A DNA stretch of 64,000 nucleotides, from positions 50,854 to 114,853 of the forward strand of contig JAKSVG010000001.1 of the NCBI GenBank assembly GCA_024408105.1, written 5' to 3'. The number at the start of each line of letters is the position of its first letter. Position 1 is the first letter of the stretch. The position numbers and the translations under genes were made by a program. The notes under the pieces were generated by a model. That model saw only the letters and a program-made list of their open reading frames with translations. It was not told the origin of the DNA and did no database searches. The DNA is from Bacilli bacterium (lineage in GTDB: Bacteria > Bacillota_I > Bacilli_A > RFN20 > CAG-826). Of the stretch, positions 1 through 10,165 are shown piece by piece.

Positions 1-1335
1 AACGATAAAGGGCAACCTGGCCTATCAATTTTTGGAGCAAATGGTGCAGTTGCAAAAGTTACAATTAACTGGGCAACAGGAAAAGACAAAGTTGAAAGTA
101 GTGGCGAAGCCAAATATAGAAACGAAGGTAAAAAGATTTATCTTTTTGCTGGTGAAAATGACTTACCATTTGTTGATGTTAATGATTTAAAACTTGATGC
201 ATATAAAGTTGGCAATGCAATCAAAGTATTTGAATTTGATCCAGCACATGCCTCACAAACATTTATGATGCCTGGAGGTGTTCATTATATTGGTATCAAG
301 TCAAGTGGTTCAGTTTACTTAGACTCACTTGTATGCTCATGGTCTGATGTAGATAAACCAGCAACATTAAATTCAATGACACTTTCTGGCACAGTTCACG
401 CAGAATGTAGTGCAGATGATACATGGAATTTTGAAAATGTTACCGTTAAAGGTAAACTTAGCAATACTAGAGAAGTCGATGTCACTCGCTATTGCTCATT
501 CTCTTCAACAACACCAGTACCAACTTCCCATGTTGAAGGCCATCAAGTGTCTGTGAAATCTACATATTTACCAGATACCACAAAAACCCAAACAACTGAC
601 CTTAACGGAACAGCAATCGAGGTTGCTTCAATCGAATTAAGTGGAACAGTATCATCATCTACTGGTGAAACAAGCTGGAATTTTGAAAATGTTAGAGCAA
701 TTGCCACATATAACGATAATTCAATAAGAGAAATTACAGATGAATGTGACTTCTCATCAACAACACCTATTCCATTAACTCCAGTGGCAGAAATGGATGT
801 TGTCGTAAATGCTCAATGGCAAAAAGACGTCTCTAAGACAGGATCAGCTACACTTAAAGGAAGTGTAGAACAATCTTATCCAACAGCTGCAAGCTGGGCA
901 TATCCTGAAGTTGCAACAGGTGGCGATTTCACAAAAACTAATCTAAAAAATGACACAACAAATAAGTGTGTTACAGAAAATAGTGCAGTCGATGCAGTTG
1001 GATATATTCAAGTATTAAATGGAACTGAAGAAATTATGAACGCCAAATCTGCAACACTAACAGCATTAATAGGTGCCGGAAGTGCAAAAGAGTTTACCTC
1101 AGAAGATTATTACGTTAAAGCATCTTTACTTGACGCTAGTGGAAACGAAATAACTAATACAACAAAAGTTCTTGCAGCATCATTAGTAAAAGAAGCAACA
1201 GAATACACTGTAATATACAGTGAGCAAGAGTTATCAGGGCTAGATGTTTACGGTGTTAGAATCTCTCATAAAAAAGTTTCAGGTTATAACATTAGATTAT
1301 TCAGTTTCGAATTAAAATACGATCCAGCAGAATAA
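1..1335 (+). CDS. Surface-exposed repeat protein, 5'-truncated by the window edge (function unknown). The reading frame is open from position 1.
   Basis: Frame 1 has no stop from nt 1 to the TAA at 1333. The protein is Thr/Ser-rich with two ~82-aa internal repeats (xWNFENV ... C.FSSTTP[VI]P). No homologue recognised. Confidence 0.55.
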   Translation, partial: NDKGQPGLSIFGANGAVAKVTINWATGKDKVESSGEAKYRNEGKKIYLFAGENDLPFVDVNDLKLDAYKVGNAIKVFEFDPAHASQTFMMPGGVHYIGIKSSGSVYLDSLVCSWSDVDKPATLNSMTLSGTVHAECSADDTWNFENVTVKGKLSNTREVDVTRYCSFSSTTPVPTSHVEGHQVSVKSTYLPDTTKTQTTDLNGTAIEVASIELSGTVSSSTGETSWNFENVRAIATYNDNSIREITDECDFSSTTPIPLTPVAEMDVVVNAQWQKDVSKTGSATLKGSVEQSYPTAASWAYPEVATGGDFTKTNLKNDTTNKCVTENSAVDAVGYIQVLNGTEEIMNAKSATLTALIGAGSAKEFTSEDYYVKASLLDASGNEITNTTKVLAASLVKEATEYTVIYSEQELSGLDVYGVRISHKKVSGYNIRLFSFELKYDPAE

Positions 1336-1355
1336 TTGTAATATCATTAAATATC

Positions 1356-1390
1356 AACGCTTATAGATTCGTCTATAGGCGTTTTTATTT
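1356..1390 (+). terminator. Rho-independent terminator after the surface protein gene
   Basis: Inverted repeat AACGCTTATAG / CTATAGGCGTT around a 6-nt loop, followed by TTTTTATTTT. Confidence 0.6.
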
Positions 1391-1415
1391 TAATTTAAAT
1401 AAAGTGGAGTATAAT

Positions 1416-3638
1416 ATGTTCAATATGTCAAACGATGCTATTCAAGAAAAAGTTAAAAATAGTAAATTACATTCATTCGATGATGTAAAAGAACTTTTCT
1501 ATGCCTACATCACAAACCAAGAATCACGTAAACTTGTCGAAGATGCATACGAATTAGCAAAAGAAAAACACAAAACTCAATTTCGTAGAAGCGGCGAACC
1601 ATACATTCATCATTTAATTGAGGTTTGTTATATCCTTGCCACTTTAAACTGCGGTCCGACGACATTGGCTGCCGGTCTTTTGCACGATATTATCGAAGAT
1701 ACAGATACTTCTTTAGAAGAAATTAAAAATGCGTTTGGAAAAGAGGTTTGTTCAATTGTTAATTCTTTAACAAAAATCCAAAGAATGAAATTGTCTCATC
1801 GACCTGAAGATGAATTTGTAGCCGAAGATCATCGAAAAATATTTTTAGGAATGGCAAAAGATGTCCGCGTCATTGTCATTAAATTGGCAGATAGACTTCA
1901 TAATATGAGGACATTAGATTCTTTGCCTCCTCATAGGCAATTAGCATTAGCTAAAGAAACGTTAGAAGTTTTTACTCCAATTGCGCATAGATTAGGTATT
2001 AATACCATCAAAACTGAACTCGAAGATCTATCCATAAAATATCTTGAACCAGAAAAATATCAAGTTGTTGTAGATTTAGTTAACCGAAAAATAAAATATG
2101 GTCAAAAATCCTTGGACTCATTTACAAAAAGAATTGTCGGCATCTTGATGGAGAAAAACATTCCTTTTGAATTGGAATCAAGAGTTAAATCAATCTATTC
2201 TATTTATAGAAAAATTTACTTAAAAAACCACAAGCCAGAGGAAATTTATGATTTGCTCGCTATTAGAATAATTACTCATACAGAGTTAGAGTGTTACGAG
2301 ATTCTCGGAATCATTCATGCAACTTATACTCCTCTACCTGGGAGATTTAAAGACTACATCGCTGTTCCTAAACCGAATATGTATCAATCTCTACATACAT
2401 GCATAATTTCTGGAGATGGTAATATTTTCGAAGTTCAAATAAGAACCAAGGAAATGGATGAAATTGCTGAAAGTGGTATCGCAGCTCACTGGAGATATAA
2501 AGAGGGAACAAATTACAACCCAAAACAAGAGCAAAAAGAAATTGAAGAAAAATTGCATTGGCTCAAAGATTTGGTGAATTTATCAGAAAACGAAGAAACA
2601 TCTGACGCTAAAGAATATATGAATTCTTTATCTCACGATATTTTTGAAGCAAACGTTTATTGCTTTACACCTAAAGGAAAAGTCATTGATCTTCCAGCAG
2701 GGTCAACTCCTATCGATTTTGCTTACAAGATTCACACGGGTGTTGCTGAAAAAATGGTTGGAGCCATAATAAATAATCAAATGGTGCCTCTAACCACAGT
2801 TCTAAAAACAGGTGATATTGTTGAAATAAAGACTTCTAAAACTTCACTTGGACCTAATGAAGACTGGCTAAAAATAGCCACAACATCATTTGCGAAATCC
2901 CATATTAGAAAATTCTTATCGAAAAAGAATGCTAACTTTGTTAAAGATGAAAAAATAACTCGTGGCAAACAGGCTTGTTTGGAAGCATTTAAGAACATTG
3001 GATTCGGCGAATCACAAACATTCCAATATATAGAAAAACCAGAAGTGCTAAGTCATTTTGGTTTTGATGAAGTGGATGATTTATATGTTGCTATTTCGAA
3101 TAAAAATCCTATTCCTGCAGCAATAATCGATTTCTTAGGAATTAGACCTAAAGAAGAAATCAGATTAGACAAAAAAGAGCGATTTGAAAATGATGGTTGC
3201 CCAGTTTATGTTAACGGAGCAAGCAAAATAGCAATTAATCTTGCACCATGCTGTACGCCTATTCCAGGAGACGAAATTGTTGGCTATATTACCAAAGGTA
3301 AAGGAATAACTGTTCATAGAAAAGATTGCCCAAATATTATTAATGAAAAACAAAGATTAATCGAGGTATTTTGGAAGCCAAATCTTGAAAAGGGGAATTA
3401 TCCTGTTGATATTAGGATAACATGCAATGATAGGCAAAATCTTCTTACTGATGTGATGAATGTTCTAAATCAAAATGGAATCCCTGTAACTGCAATCAAT
3501 GCACACCTGCATACATCAACAATGGAAACAGTGATAAATGTCACAATATATGTGAGTGATTCAGAAAGATTGCAAGATATATTTAACATATTAAAAAATG
3601 TTAAAAATGTTAATCAATTGGAAAGATTGATTCATTAG
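1416..3638 (+). CDS. relA: Bifunctional (p)ppGpp synthetase/hydrolase of the RelA/SpoT family
   Basis: N-terminal HD hydrolase motif (HDIIEDT), synthetase domain, then TGS and ACT regions. The ORF-track start at 1404 is GTG. The ATG at 1416 lies 6 nt after GGAG and is preferred. Confidence 0.9.
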   Translation: MFNMSNDAIQEKVKNSKLHSFDDVKELFYAYITNQESRKLVEDAYELAKEKHKTQFRRSGEPYIHHLIEVCYILATLNCGPTTLAAGLLHDIIEDTDTSLEEIKNAFGKEVCSIVNSLTKIQRMKLSHRPEDEFVAEDHRKIFLGMAKDVRVIVIKLADRLHNMRTLDSLPPHRQLALAKETLEVFTPIAHRLGINTIKTELEDLSIKYLEPEKYQVVVDLVNRKIKYGQKSLDSFTKRIVGILMEKNIPFELESRVKSIYSIYRKIYLKNHKPEEIYDLLAIRIITHTELECYEILGIIHATYTPLPGRFKDYIAVPKPNMYQSLHTCIISGDGNIFEVQIRTKEMDEIAESGIAAHWRYKEGTNYNPKQEQKEIEEKLHWLKDLVNLSENEETSDAKEYMNSLSHDIFEANVYCFTPKGKVIDLPAGSTPIDFAYKIHTGVAEKMVGAIINNQMVPLTTVLKTGDIVEIKTSKTSLGPNEDWLKIATTSFAKSHIRKFLSKKNANFVKDEKITRGKQACLEAFKNIGFGESQTFQYIEKPEVLSHFGFDEVDDLYVAISNKNPIPAAIIDFLGIRPKEEIRLDKKERFENDGCPVYVNGASKIAINLAPCCTPIPGDEIVGYITKGKGITVHRKDCPNIINEKQRLIEVFWKPNLEKGNYPVDIRITCNDRQNLLTDVMNVLNQNGIPVTAINAHLHTSTMETVINVTIYVSDSERLQDIFNILKNVKNVNQLERLIH

Positions 3639-3705
3639 TATTGTTAGACAAAAGTTATCTTTTAATAGGTAACTTTTTTTATTTTTAATTTCAAAATGCT
3701 ATGTA

Positions 3706-3734
3706 TTGAATTTATACATAATAAAATGTATAAT
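3706..3734 (+). promoter_or_regulatory. SigA-type promoter for the hisS-aspS operon
   Basis: TTGAAT (3706-3711), 17-nt spacer, TATAAT (3729-3734). GGAG RBS at 3751-3754. Confidence 0.55.
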
Positions 3735-3762
3735 ACAAAAGATTAGAAACGGAGATTTTCGT

Positions 3763-5064
3763 ATGGCTATAAATCCTGTCAAAGGCACACATGATATCAT
3801 CGCAGACGAAGCGAATACCTATTCTGGCATCGAATATGATTGCCGAATATTAGCTGAATTATTTGGATATTCAGAAATTAGAACACCTATCATTGAACAT
3901 ACTCCATTGTTTTTAAGATCGGTTGGTGAATCAAGCGATATTGTTACAAAAGAAATGTATACATTCGATGATAAAGGCGGTCGTTCATTAACATTACGTC
4001 CAGAAATGACTGCTGGTGTCATGAGAAGTGTGGTAAGTAACAAGTTATATGCAACTAATGACTTGCCATTAAAGTATTTCTATATTGGTCCATGCTTTAG
4101 GTATGAAAGGCCGCAAGCAGGGCGATATAGACAATTCCATCAATTTGGTGTTGAAGCAATAGGTTCAACCTCCTATCTTCAAGATGTAGAAGTTATAACC
4201 TTGGGAAAAAGAGTGCTTGATTCATTAGGAATTGACAAAGTCAAAGTCTTAATAAACTCCCTTGGTGATGAAGAATCTAGAGAGAATTATAGGGCAGCAT
4301 TAAAAGAGTACTTCAGTAAGCATATTGATTGCATGTGTGAAGATTGCAAGCGCAGGCTTGAAGTCAATCCACTTCGCATTTTAGATTGCAAAGTTCCTGA
4401 AGATAGAAAAATAATCGAAGGAGCGCCAAAGATTCATGATTATTTAAGTGATGTTGCTCGTGGACATTTTGATAATGTTGTAGACATGCTTAAAAAAGTA
4501 GGCATCGATGTTGAAATTGATGATACGCTTGTGCGCGGTCTAGATTACTACACTGGCATTGTGTTTGAGTATCATATGAATGACTCTGATGATGTTGGAG
4601 CTATCGGCGGTGGAGGCCACTATAAAAATCTCTTAAAAGAGGTTGGTGGACCAGATCTTGAAGGTGTTGGGTTATCGTTTGGAATTGAACGTTTATACTA
4701 TGTATACAATAAAGTTAATGCTGGTGAGGAAATGTTTGTTAACGGTCCAGACTTCTATTTAATGGGCATGGATGCACACGCAATAGAACTCAACTTTACA
4801 TTAGCAAATATTCTTCGTATGAACGGATACGCAGTTGAAATGAACTACGAAAATAAATCATTTAAATCTTTATTTAAGATTGCAGAACATAAACATTCAA
4901 AATTTGCAATTATCGTTGGTGAAGATGAAATCAGAAACGGAACCTTGACAGTAAAGAATTTAAATACTCAAGAACAAACAACTGTAAAAACTGATGATAT
5001 GTTGCTTGTCTTTAAATCTATGCTCGAAGATTATATGCGTGATTTACGTAAGGAGGCAAAATAA
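3763..5064 (+). CDS. hisS: Histidine--tRNA ligase
   Basis: Class II aaRS motifs and HisRS-specific regions. The ORF-track start at 3706 is TTG and sits inside the promoter. The ATG at 3763 has a GGAG RBS. Confidence 0.9.
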   Translation: MAINPVKGTHDIIADEANTYSGIEYDCRILAELFGYSEIRTPIIEHTPLFLRSVGESSDIVTKEMYTFDDKGGRSLTLRPEMTAGVMRSVVSNKLYATNDLPLKYFYIGPCFRYERPQAGRYRQFHQFGVEAIGSTSYLQDVEVITLGKRVLDSLGIDKVKVLINSLGDEESRENYRAALKEYFSKHIDCMCEDCKRRLEVNPLRILDCKVPEDRKIIEGAPKIHDYLSDVARGHFDNVVDMLKKVGIDVEIDDTLVRGLDYYTGIVFEYHMNDSDDVGAIGGGGHYKNLLKEVGGPDLEGVGLSFGIERLYYVYNKVNAGEEMFVNGPDFYLMGMDAHAIELNFTLANILRMNGYAVEMNYENKSFKSLFKIAEHKHSKFAIIVGEDEIRNGTLTVKNLNTQEQTTVKTDDMLLVFKSMLEDYMRDLRKEAK

Positions 5065-6788
5065 TGGAAAGAACTTGTTATAACACCGATTTATCACTTA
5101 GTGATGTTGGACGAAAAGTTACATTGGTTGGATGGGTAAGCAAAAGACGAAATCTAGGAAGCTTATTGTTCATTGATTTACGCGACAGAAGTGGAATCAT
5201 CCAAATCGTTGTTAATGAAGATGTTAAAATTCCTGACGTCAGAAATGAATATGTTATATCTGTAAAAGGAACTGTTTCAAAAAAAGAGGTTCCAAATAAG
5301 TTATTAAAAACAGGAGAAATTGAAGTTATTGCTGAATCAATTGAAGTATTTAGCAAAGCTAAAACAACCCCGTTAATTATCGCTGATGAAACAGATGCAT
5401 TAGAAGATGTTCGTCTAAAATATAGATATCTTGACTTACGTAGACCATCGTTACAAAAGAATTTAATGAATCGTGCAAAAATTGTAAGAATTGCACATGA
5501 ATATTTTGATAACAATGGTTTTATTGAAGTAGAAACACCGTGTTTAACTCTATCAACCCCTGAGGGTGCAAGAGATTACTTGGTTCCTTCAAGAATCAAT
5601 CACGGAAGTTTTTTCGCACTTCCTCAATCACCTCAGTTATTTAAGCAATTGCTTATGATTGGAGGGTTCGAACGTTACTATCAAATCGCAAGATGCTTTA
5701 GAGATGAGGATTTAAGGCAAGATAGGCAACCAGAATTTACTCAAATCGATCTAGAAATGTCATTCCTTGATCAAGATCAAATCCTAACAATTATGGAAGG
5801 ATTCCTAAAAAAAGTTTTTAAAGAAACAGTTGGTTATGAACTTAAAACTCCTTTGAGGAGAATGACTTATGCTGAAGCAGTTAACGATTATGGCTCTGAT
5901 AAGCCAGATACTCGGTTCGACTTAAAATTAATTGATGTAAAAGGCATTTTGTCACAAAGCGATTTTGTTGGATATAAAGATGCTTTAATGATTAAAGCAA
6001 TTGTTATTCCTAATGTTGCTGAATCCACATCAAGAAAAGTCATTGATGGTTTGAATCTTGAAGCTAAGAAATTCGGGTTATCCGGAATTGGCGTTTACAA
6101 GGTTAACGGAAACTCATTGGATGGTTCATTAACAAAATTTGTTAACGCTGATATCCAAAAATCCCTTATTGAAAAAGTTAACGCAAAAACAAACGATATT
6201 ATTCTTGTTGCAAGCGGCAAGCCTGAACAAGTTAATTTTGGTTTAGGTGCTTTACGTAGTAAATATGGCCACGAATTGGGCTATGTAAAGCCAAACACAT
6301 ATGATTTATTATGGGTTGTCGATTTTCCATTATTTGAAAAAGACATTCACGACGGATCATATAAACCGTTACATCACCCATTCACAAGGCCAACACCAGA
6401 AACGGCTCAATACCTTAATTCTGATCCAAGCAAATGTTTATCAGCTGCTTATGATATTGTGATTAATGGTTATGAAGCTGGTGGTGGTTCACTAAGAATT
6501 TACAATCAAGATATGCAAAAGAAAATATTTGAAATTCTAGGCTTCACCAGTGAAGATATCAATCGTAAATTTGGCTATTTCGTGGGGGCATTTGAATACG
6601 GAACTCCTCCTCACGGCGGAATAGCGTTTGGTTTAGAAAGATTGTCGATGATTATTTGTGGCACAGATAATATTCGAGATGTCATTGCTTTCCCTAAGAA
6701 TCTTAAAGCAAGCTGCCCAATGAGTAGTGCGCCACAGCAAGTTGATGAACAACAACTAATAGATTTGGGAATAAAAGTTGATAAATAA
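5064..6788 (+). CDS. aspS: Aspartate--tRNA ligase
   Basis: OB-fold N-terminus, class II core, GLERL and FPKN motifs. AGGAGG RBS. Overlaps the hisS stop, as in the Bacillus hisS-aspS operon. Confidence 0.92.
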   Translation: MERTCYNTDLSLSDVGRKVTLVGWVSKRRNLGSLLFIDLRDRSGIIQIVVNEDVKIPDVRNEYVISVKGTVSKKEVPNKLLKTGEIEVIAESIEVFSKAKTTPLIIADETDALEDVRLKYRYLDLRRPSLQKNLMNRAKIVRIAHEYFDNNGFIEVETPCLTLSTPEGARDYLVPSRINHGSFFALPQSPQLFKQLLMIGGFERYYQIARCFRDEDLRQDRQPEFTQIDLEMSFLDQDQILTIMEGFLKKVFKETVGYELKTPLRRMTYAEAVNDYGSDKPDTRFDLKLIDVKGILSQSDFVGYKDALMIKAIVIPNVAESTSRKVIDGLNLEAKKFGLSGIGVYKVNGNSLDGSLTKFVNADIQKSLIEKVNAKTNDIILVASGKPEQVNFGLGALRSKYGHELGYVKPNTYDLLWVVDFPLFEKDIHDGSYKPLHHPFTRPTPETAQYLNSDPSKCLSAAYDIVINGYEAGGGSLRIYNQDMQKKIFEILGFTSEDINRKFGYFVGAFEYGTPPHGGIAFGLERLSMIICGTDNIRDVIAFPKNLKASCPMSSAPQQVDEQQLIDLGIKVDK

Positions 6789-6815
6789 TTTATTAATAAA
6801 TTAAGGAGAAATATT

Positions 6816-8786
6816 ATGAATCAAAAAGAATTAGACAAATTAGCAGTTAGCGCAATTAGAGCGACATGTATTGATGTAGTAAATAAAGCAAAATCAGGGC
6901 ACCCAGGAATGGCACTTGGTAGTGCTCCAATACTTTACACACTATTCAGTAAACATCTAGTTGCAAACCCAAAAGATCCTTTATGGATTAATCGTGATCG
7001 TTTCATTTTGTCTGCAGGTCATGCAAGTTCATTGCTTTACACAATGCTTCATGTATCAGGATACAGAGTATCACTTGATGATTTAAAATCATTTAGACAA
7101 CTCGGTTCTCTTACACCTGGACACCCTGAATATAAGCATACTGAAGGTGTGGACGCAACAAGTGGACCATTAGGGCAAGGCATTGCACAAGCAGTAGGTG
7201 TCGCTATGGCAGAAAGAGCAACAGCTGCTCAATACAAAGACGGAGAAAAGTTAATTAACCATTACACATACGCTTTATGCGGTGACGGTTGCTTGCAAGA
7301 AGGTTTGTCACAAGAAGCAATTTCTCTTGCTGGTCATCATAGGTTAAATAAGTTAATTCTTATTTATGATTCAAACAATGTTACTCTTGATGGAGGACTT
7401 GATCTTTCCTTCTCTGAAGATGTTAAACATAGATTTCTTGCTTCTGGATGGGATGTTTTAGAAGTTAATGATGGCAACGATATCGAAGCAATCGATAAAG
7501 CTATTACGAAAGCGAAAGATAGCAAAGATAAACCAACATTAATAATCGTAAAAACTGTAATTGGTTACGGAAGCGAAAAACAAGGCACTTCAAAAGTCCA
7601 TGGTAACCCACTCGGTGAAGAAGACGGCGCACATGCAAAAGCATTCTATGGCTATAATTACCCAGCATTCACAATTCCTGAAGAAGTTTATAACTACTTC
7701 AAAGATACATTTGCTAAACGTGGTGAAAAAGCAGAAGAATCATGGAAGAAAGTTTATGATAGCTATGCTAAAGCTCACAAAGATGAAATTAAAGTCTTTG
7801 AGGACGCATTCACAGGCAATGTTTCATCATATGTTGGAAAAGAGCCAGAATTTGCCGCTGACAATGCAGATTCAAGCCGTGTCGCAAGTGGTAAGGCTTT
7901 AAATGATTTACATAGTAAAGTTCCATTCTTAATGGGTGGTAGTGCCGACGTCGCTGGATCAGTTATGACAAAAATTACTGATGGTGTAAATTTCACAAAA
8001 GAAACACCTTCTGGAAGAAATATTAATTTCGGTATTCGTGAATTTGCAATGGCAGCTGCTCAAAACGGTATGTTACTCCACGGAGGCGTAAAAACATACG
8101 TTGGAGCATTCTTAGTATTTGCTGATTATATGAAAGCCGCTATAAGAATGGCTGCATTAAGCAAACTTCCAGCATTTTATTTGTTCTCTCATGATAGCAT
8201 TGCAGTTGGAGAAGACGGTCCAACACATCAGCCTATTGAAACATTGGCTATGCTTAGAAGCATACCAAATGTCAATGTGATTCGCCCATGCGACTCACGC
8301 GAAACATATGCAGCATGGAAAATCGCTTTAGAAAGCAAGGAAACTCCAACAGCTTTAATTCTTTCAAGACAAAATCTACCTTTACTAAATTCATCATATT
8401 CTGATGTTTCTAAAGGTGCTTATATAATAAGCAAGGAATCAAAAAAGCTTGATGCAATCTTAGTTGCAACAGGCAGCGAAGTATCTTTAGCGATTAGTGC
8501 ACAAAAGATTCTTTTTGAAAAAGGACTTGATGTTAGAGTTGTTTCCATGCCATCGACATTCTTATTTGATAAACAATCTGAAGAATATAAGCACAAAGTG
8601 TTATCGTTATCAAAAGACAAAATTATTTCAGTCGAAATGTTATCAACATTTGGTTGGCATAAATATGCAAATCATACATATGGCATAGATACATTTGGAA
8701 CAAGCGCTCCAGCAAAAGATGCAATTAAATCGTTCCATTTCATGCCAGAAGATTTAGCTGATTTTGTAATGAAATCAATTAAGTAG
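6816..8786 (+). CDS. tkt: Transketolase
   Basis: 656 aa with a thiamine-diphosphate-binding N-terminal domain and transketolase signature regions. AAGGAG RBS. Confidence 0.92.
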   Translation: MNQKELDKLAVSAIRATCIDVVNKAKSGHPGMALGSAPILYTLFSKHLVANPKDPLWINRDRFILSAGHASSLLYTMLHVSGYRVSLDDLKSFRQLGSLTPGHPEYKHTEGVDATSGPLGQGIAQAVGVAMAERATAAQYKDGEKLINHYTYALCGDGCLQEGLSQEAISLAGHHRLNKLILIYDSNNVTLDGGLDLSFSEDVKHRFLASGWDVLEVNDGNDIEAIDKAITKAKDSKDKPTLIIVKTVIGYGSEKQGTSKVHGNPLGEEDGAHAKAFYGYNYPAFTIPEEVYNYFKDTFAKRGEKAEESWKKVYDSYAKAHKDEIKVFEDAFTGNVSSYVGKEPEFAADNADSSRVASGKALNDLHSKVPFLMGGSADVAGSVMTKITDGVNFTKETPSGRNINFGIREFAMAAAQNGMLLHGGVKTYVGAFLVFADYMKAAIRMAALSKLPAFYLFSHDSIAVGEDGPTHQPIETLAMLRSIPNVNVIRPCDSRETYAAWKIALESKETPTALILSRQNLPLLNSSYSDVSKGAYIISKESKKLDAILVATGSEVSLAISAQKILFEKGLDVRVVSMPSTFLFDKQSEEYKHKVLSLSKDKIISVEMLSTFGWHKYANHTYGIDTFGTSAPAKDAIKSFHFMPEDLADFVMKSIK

Positions 8787-8795
8787 GTAAAAATA

Positions 8796-9140
8796 ATGTC
8801 TGACTATGTCAAAGTAAAAAACTATGCAAAAGATGGCGATATCGCTATATCTCGCAGAGTTTTTGAAGAGCTTGCAACAGAAGCAGCCAATCGTGTTATT
8901 GGCGCAGAAGTAAGCAAAGTAAAATCAAAAAATAAAATTCTTGTTAAACTTTACCGTCCGACGAAAGTAACATTTAGAAGTGACGGAAAGGTTGAAATTA
9001 GAATTTCAATCACCATAGCAAAAGGAGCGAATGCTAACGAAGTGTGTTTAAAAATTCAAGAAGAGGTTGCTCAATCGCTTTTGTTCTACACAGAAAGCGT
9101 TCCTTTCGACATTGAAATTAAAGTAGATTCTATTGCCTAA
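8796..9140 (+). CDS. Asp23/Gls24-family alkaline shock protein
   Basis: 114 aa, Asp23-like sequence. Sits upstream of nusB, as yqhY does in B. subtilis. Confidence 0.75.
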   Translation: MSDYVKVKNYAKDGDIAISRRVFEELATEAANRVIGAEVSKVKSKNKILVKLYRPTKVTFRSDGKVEIRISITIAKGANANEVCLKIQEEVAQSLLFYTESVPFDIEIKVDSIA

Positions 9141-9141
9141 T

Positions 9142-9750
9142 ATGAAAAAAGCAAAACGTCAAAAACACCAAATCACTTATAGTGAAGCCCATAATAAAGC
9201 GGTGAAGATGTATCAAAGAAGTGCAATCTTCCTCCTTTGGGCTGGAGTTGTAAACGTTTTTGCTATCGTAATAGGGGTAATTCAACTTGCTGCAAATTCA
9301 TTAGCAACTCAAGTTCAATTCCCTTGGCCAACATCAGGGTTCGCAATGAGTTTTAGCGTACAAATATTATTAAACAGCGTAATGATAAAATCATTAGATT
9401 CATTAGCTGCTGATATTTTAATGATTATAATCGGCCTTGTCTTAGGAGGACTTTTTGCTGCGCTAGGATTTTTCGCATCAAAAGGAAAACGTTGGGTTCT
9501 TCTGCTCGGCACCGCTTTGTATGCAATAGACTTTGGAATAATGTTTTTTGTTTATGAATCAGGCTTTGTTGCAAGACTATGGACAAACTATGCATTTACT
9601 CTAGTAACTCATATCGTCGTTTTAGTTGCATGTATTGTGGCAATAGTTGAATACTATAACGTTATTCATATTGAAAAAGTGTTTAAGGGCAATAAAGCTC
9701 TGAAATTAGATGAAGAAGTAGAAGGTGAGGTAATTGCTCGTGGAAAATAA
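9142..9750 (+). CDS. Integral membrane protein, possibly an AmaP-like partner of Asp23
   Basis: About 5 predicted TM helices. The ORF-track start at 9133 is TTG, and the first ATG is at 9142. Genomic context only. Confidence 0.5.
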   Translation: MKKAKRQKHQITYSEAHNKAVKMYQRSAIFLLWAGVVNVFAIVIGVIQLAANSLATQVQFPWPTSGFAMSFSVQILLNSVMIKSLDSLAADILMIIIGLVLGGLFAALGFFASKGKRWVLLLGTALYAIDFGIMFFVYESGFVARLWTNYAFTLVTHIVVLVACIVAIVEYYNVIHIEKVFKGNKALKLDEEVEGEVIARGK

Positions 9751-10165
9751 TTTATCAAGAAATAAACAGCATGAATTGAATACTATTTGCATCTATGATG
9801 CATTAACATACGTCTATTCCGGTCAAGAATTTTCTGTTGAAGAAATTATGTCATCCATATTTGAAAAAGAATATGTTGAAATACCTTCTTTCGATAAGGA
9901 AGTTGTTATAAAATCTCTTACCCATTTAGACGAAATTATTTCCATTTTTCAAGAAAAAATGCCCAAAATGTCTTTTGATAGGTTAAATTTACTTGAAAGA
10001 TCGATTCTAATTATGAGCTATACAAATTTTAAATTTGTTGGCGGGGTTGATAAAAGAGTTGTTATCGATACTGCAATAAAATTATCAAAAAAATATTTAG
10101 GAACAGACTATTCTGGCAAGGACGACTATAAATTTGTGAACGCAATATTGGATAATGTTTTATGA
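9734..10165 (+). CDS. nusB: Transcription antitermination factor NusB
   Basis: NusB-like about 140-aa protein located between asp23 and xseA, matching Bacillus synteny. The start is probably the GTG at 9740 (9 nt after GGTGAGG), not the TTG at 9734. Confidence 0.7.
   Translation: MLVENNLSRNKQHELNTICIYDALTYVYSGQEFSVEEIMSSIFEKEYVEIPSFDKEVVIKSLTHLDEIISIFQEKMPKMSFDRLNLLERSILIMSYTNFKFVGGVDKRVVIDTAIKLSKKYLGTDYSGKDDYKFVNAILDNVL

Noticed and set aside
2777-2998. Numerous 60-145-aa ORFs in the track that lie antisense or out of frame within large genes (for example 2777-2998, 3165-3353, 3819-4043, 5078-5515, 7561-7902, 10488-10829, 16131-16464, 17808-18134, 24094-24288, 47060-47380, 51822-52100)
   Set aside because: They are fully contained in well-supported housekeeping CDS and show low-complexity composition typical of AT-rich antisense frames. 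They have no RBS and no recognisable motifs.
3639-3762. Possible T-box riboswitch leader upstream of hisS-aspS
   Set aside because: The intergenic region is only about 120 nt and is occupied by a weak terminator and the promoter. No T-box sequence (AATTAGGGTGGTACCGCG-like) or specifier and antiterminator helices are visible.
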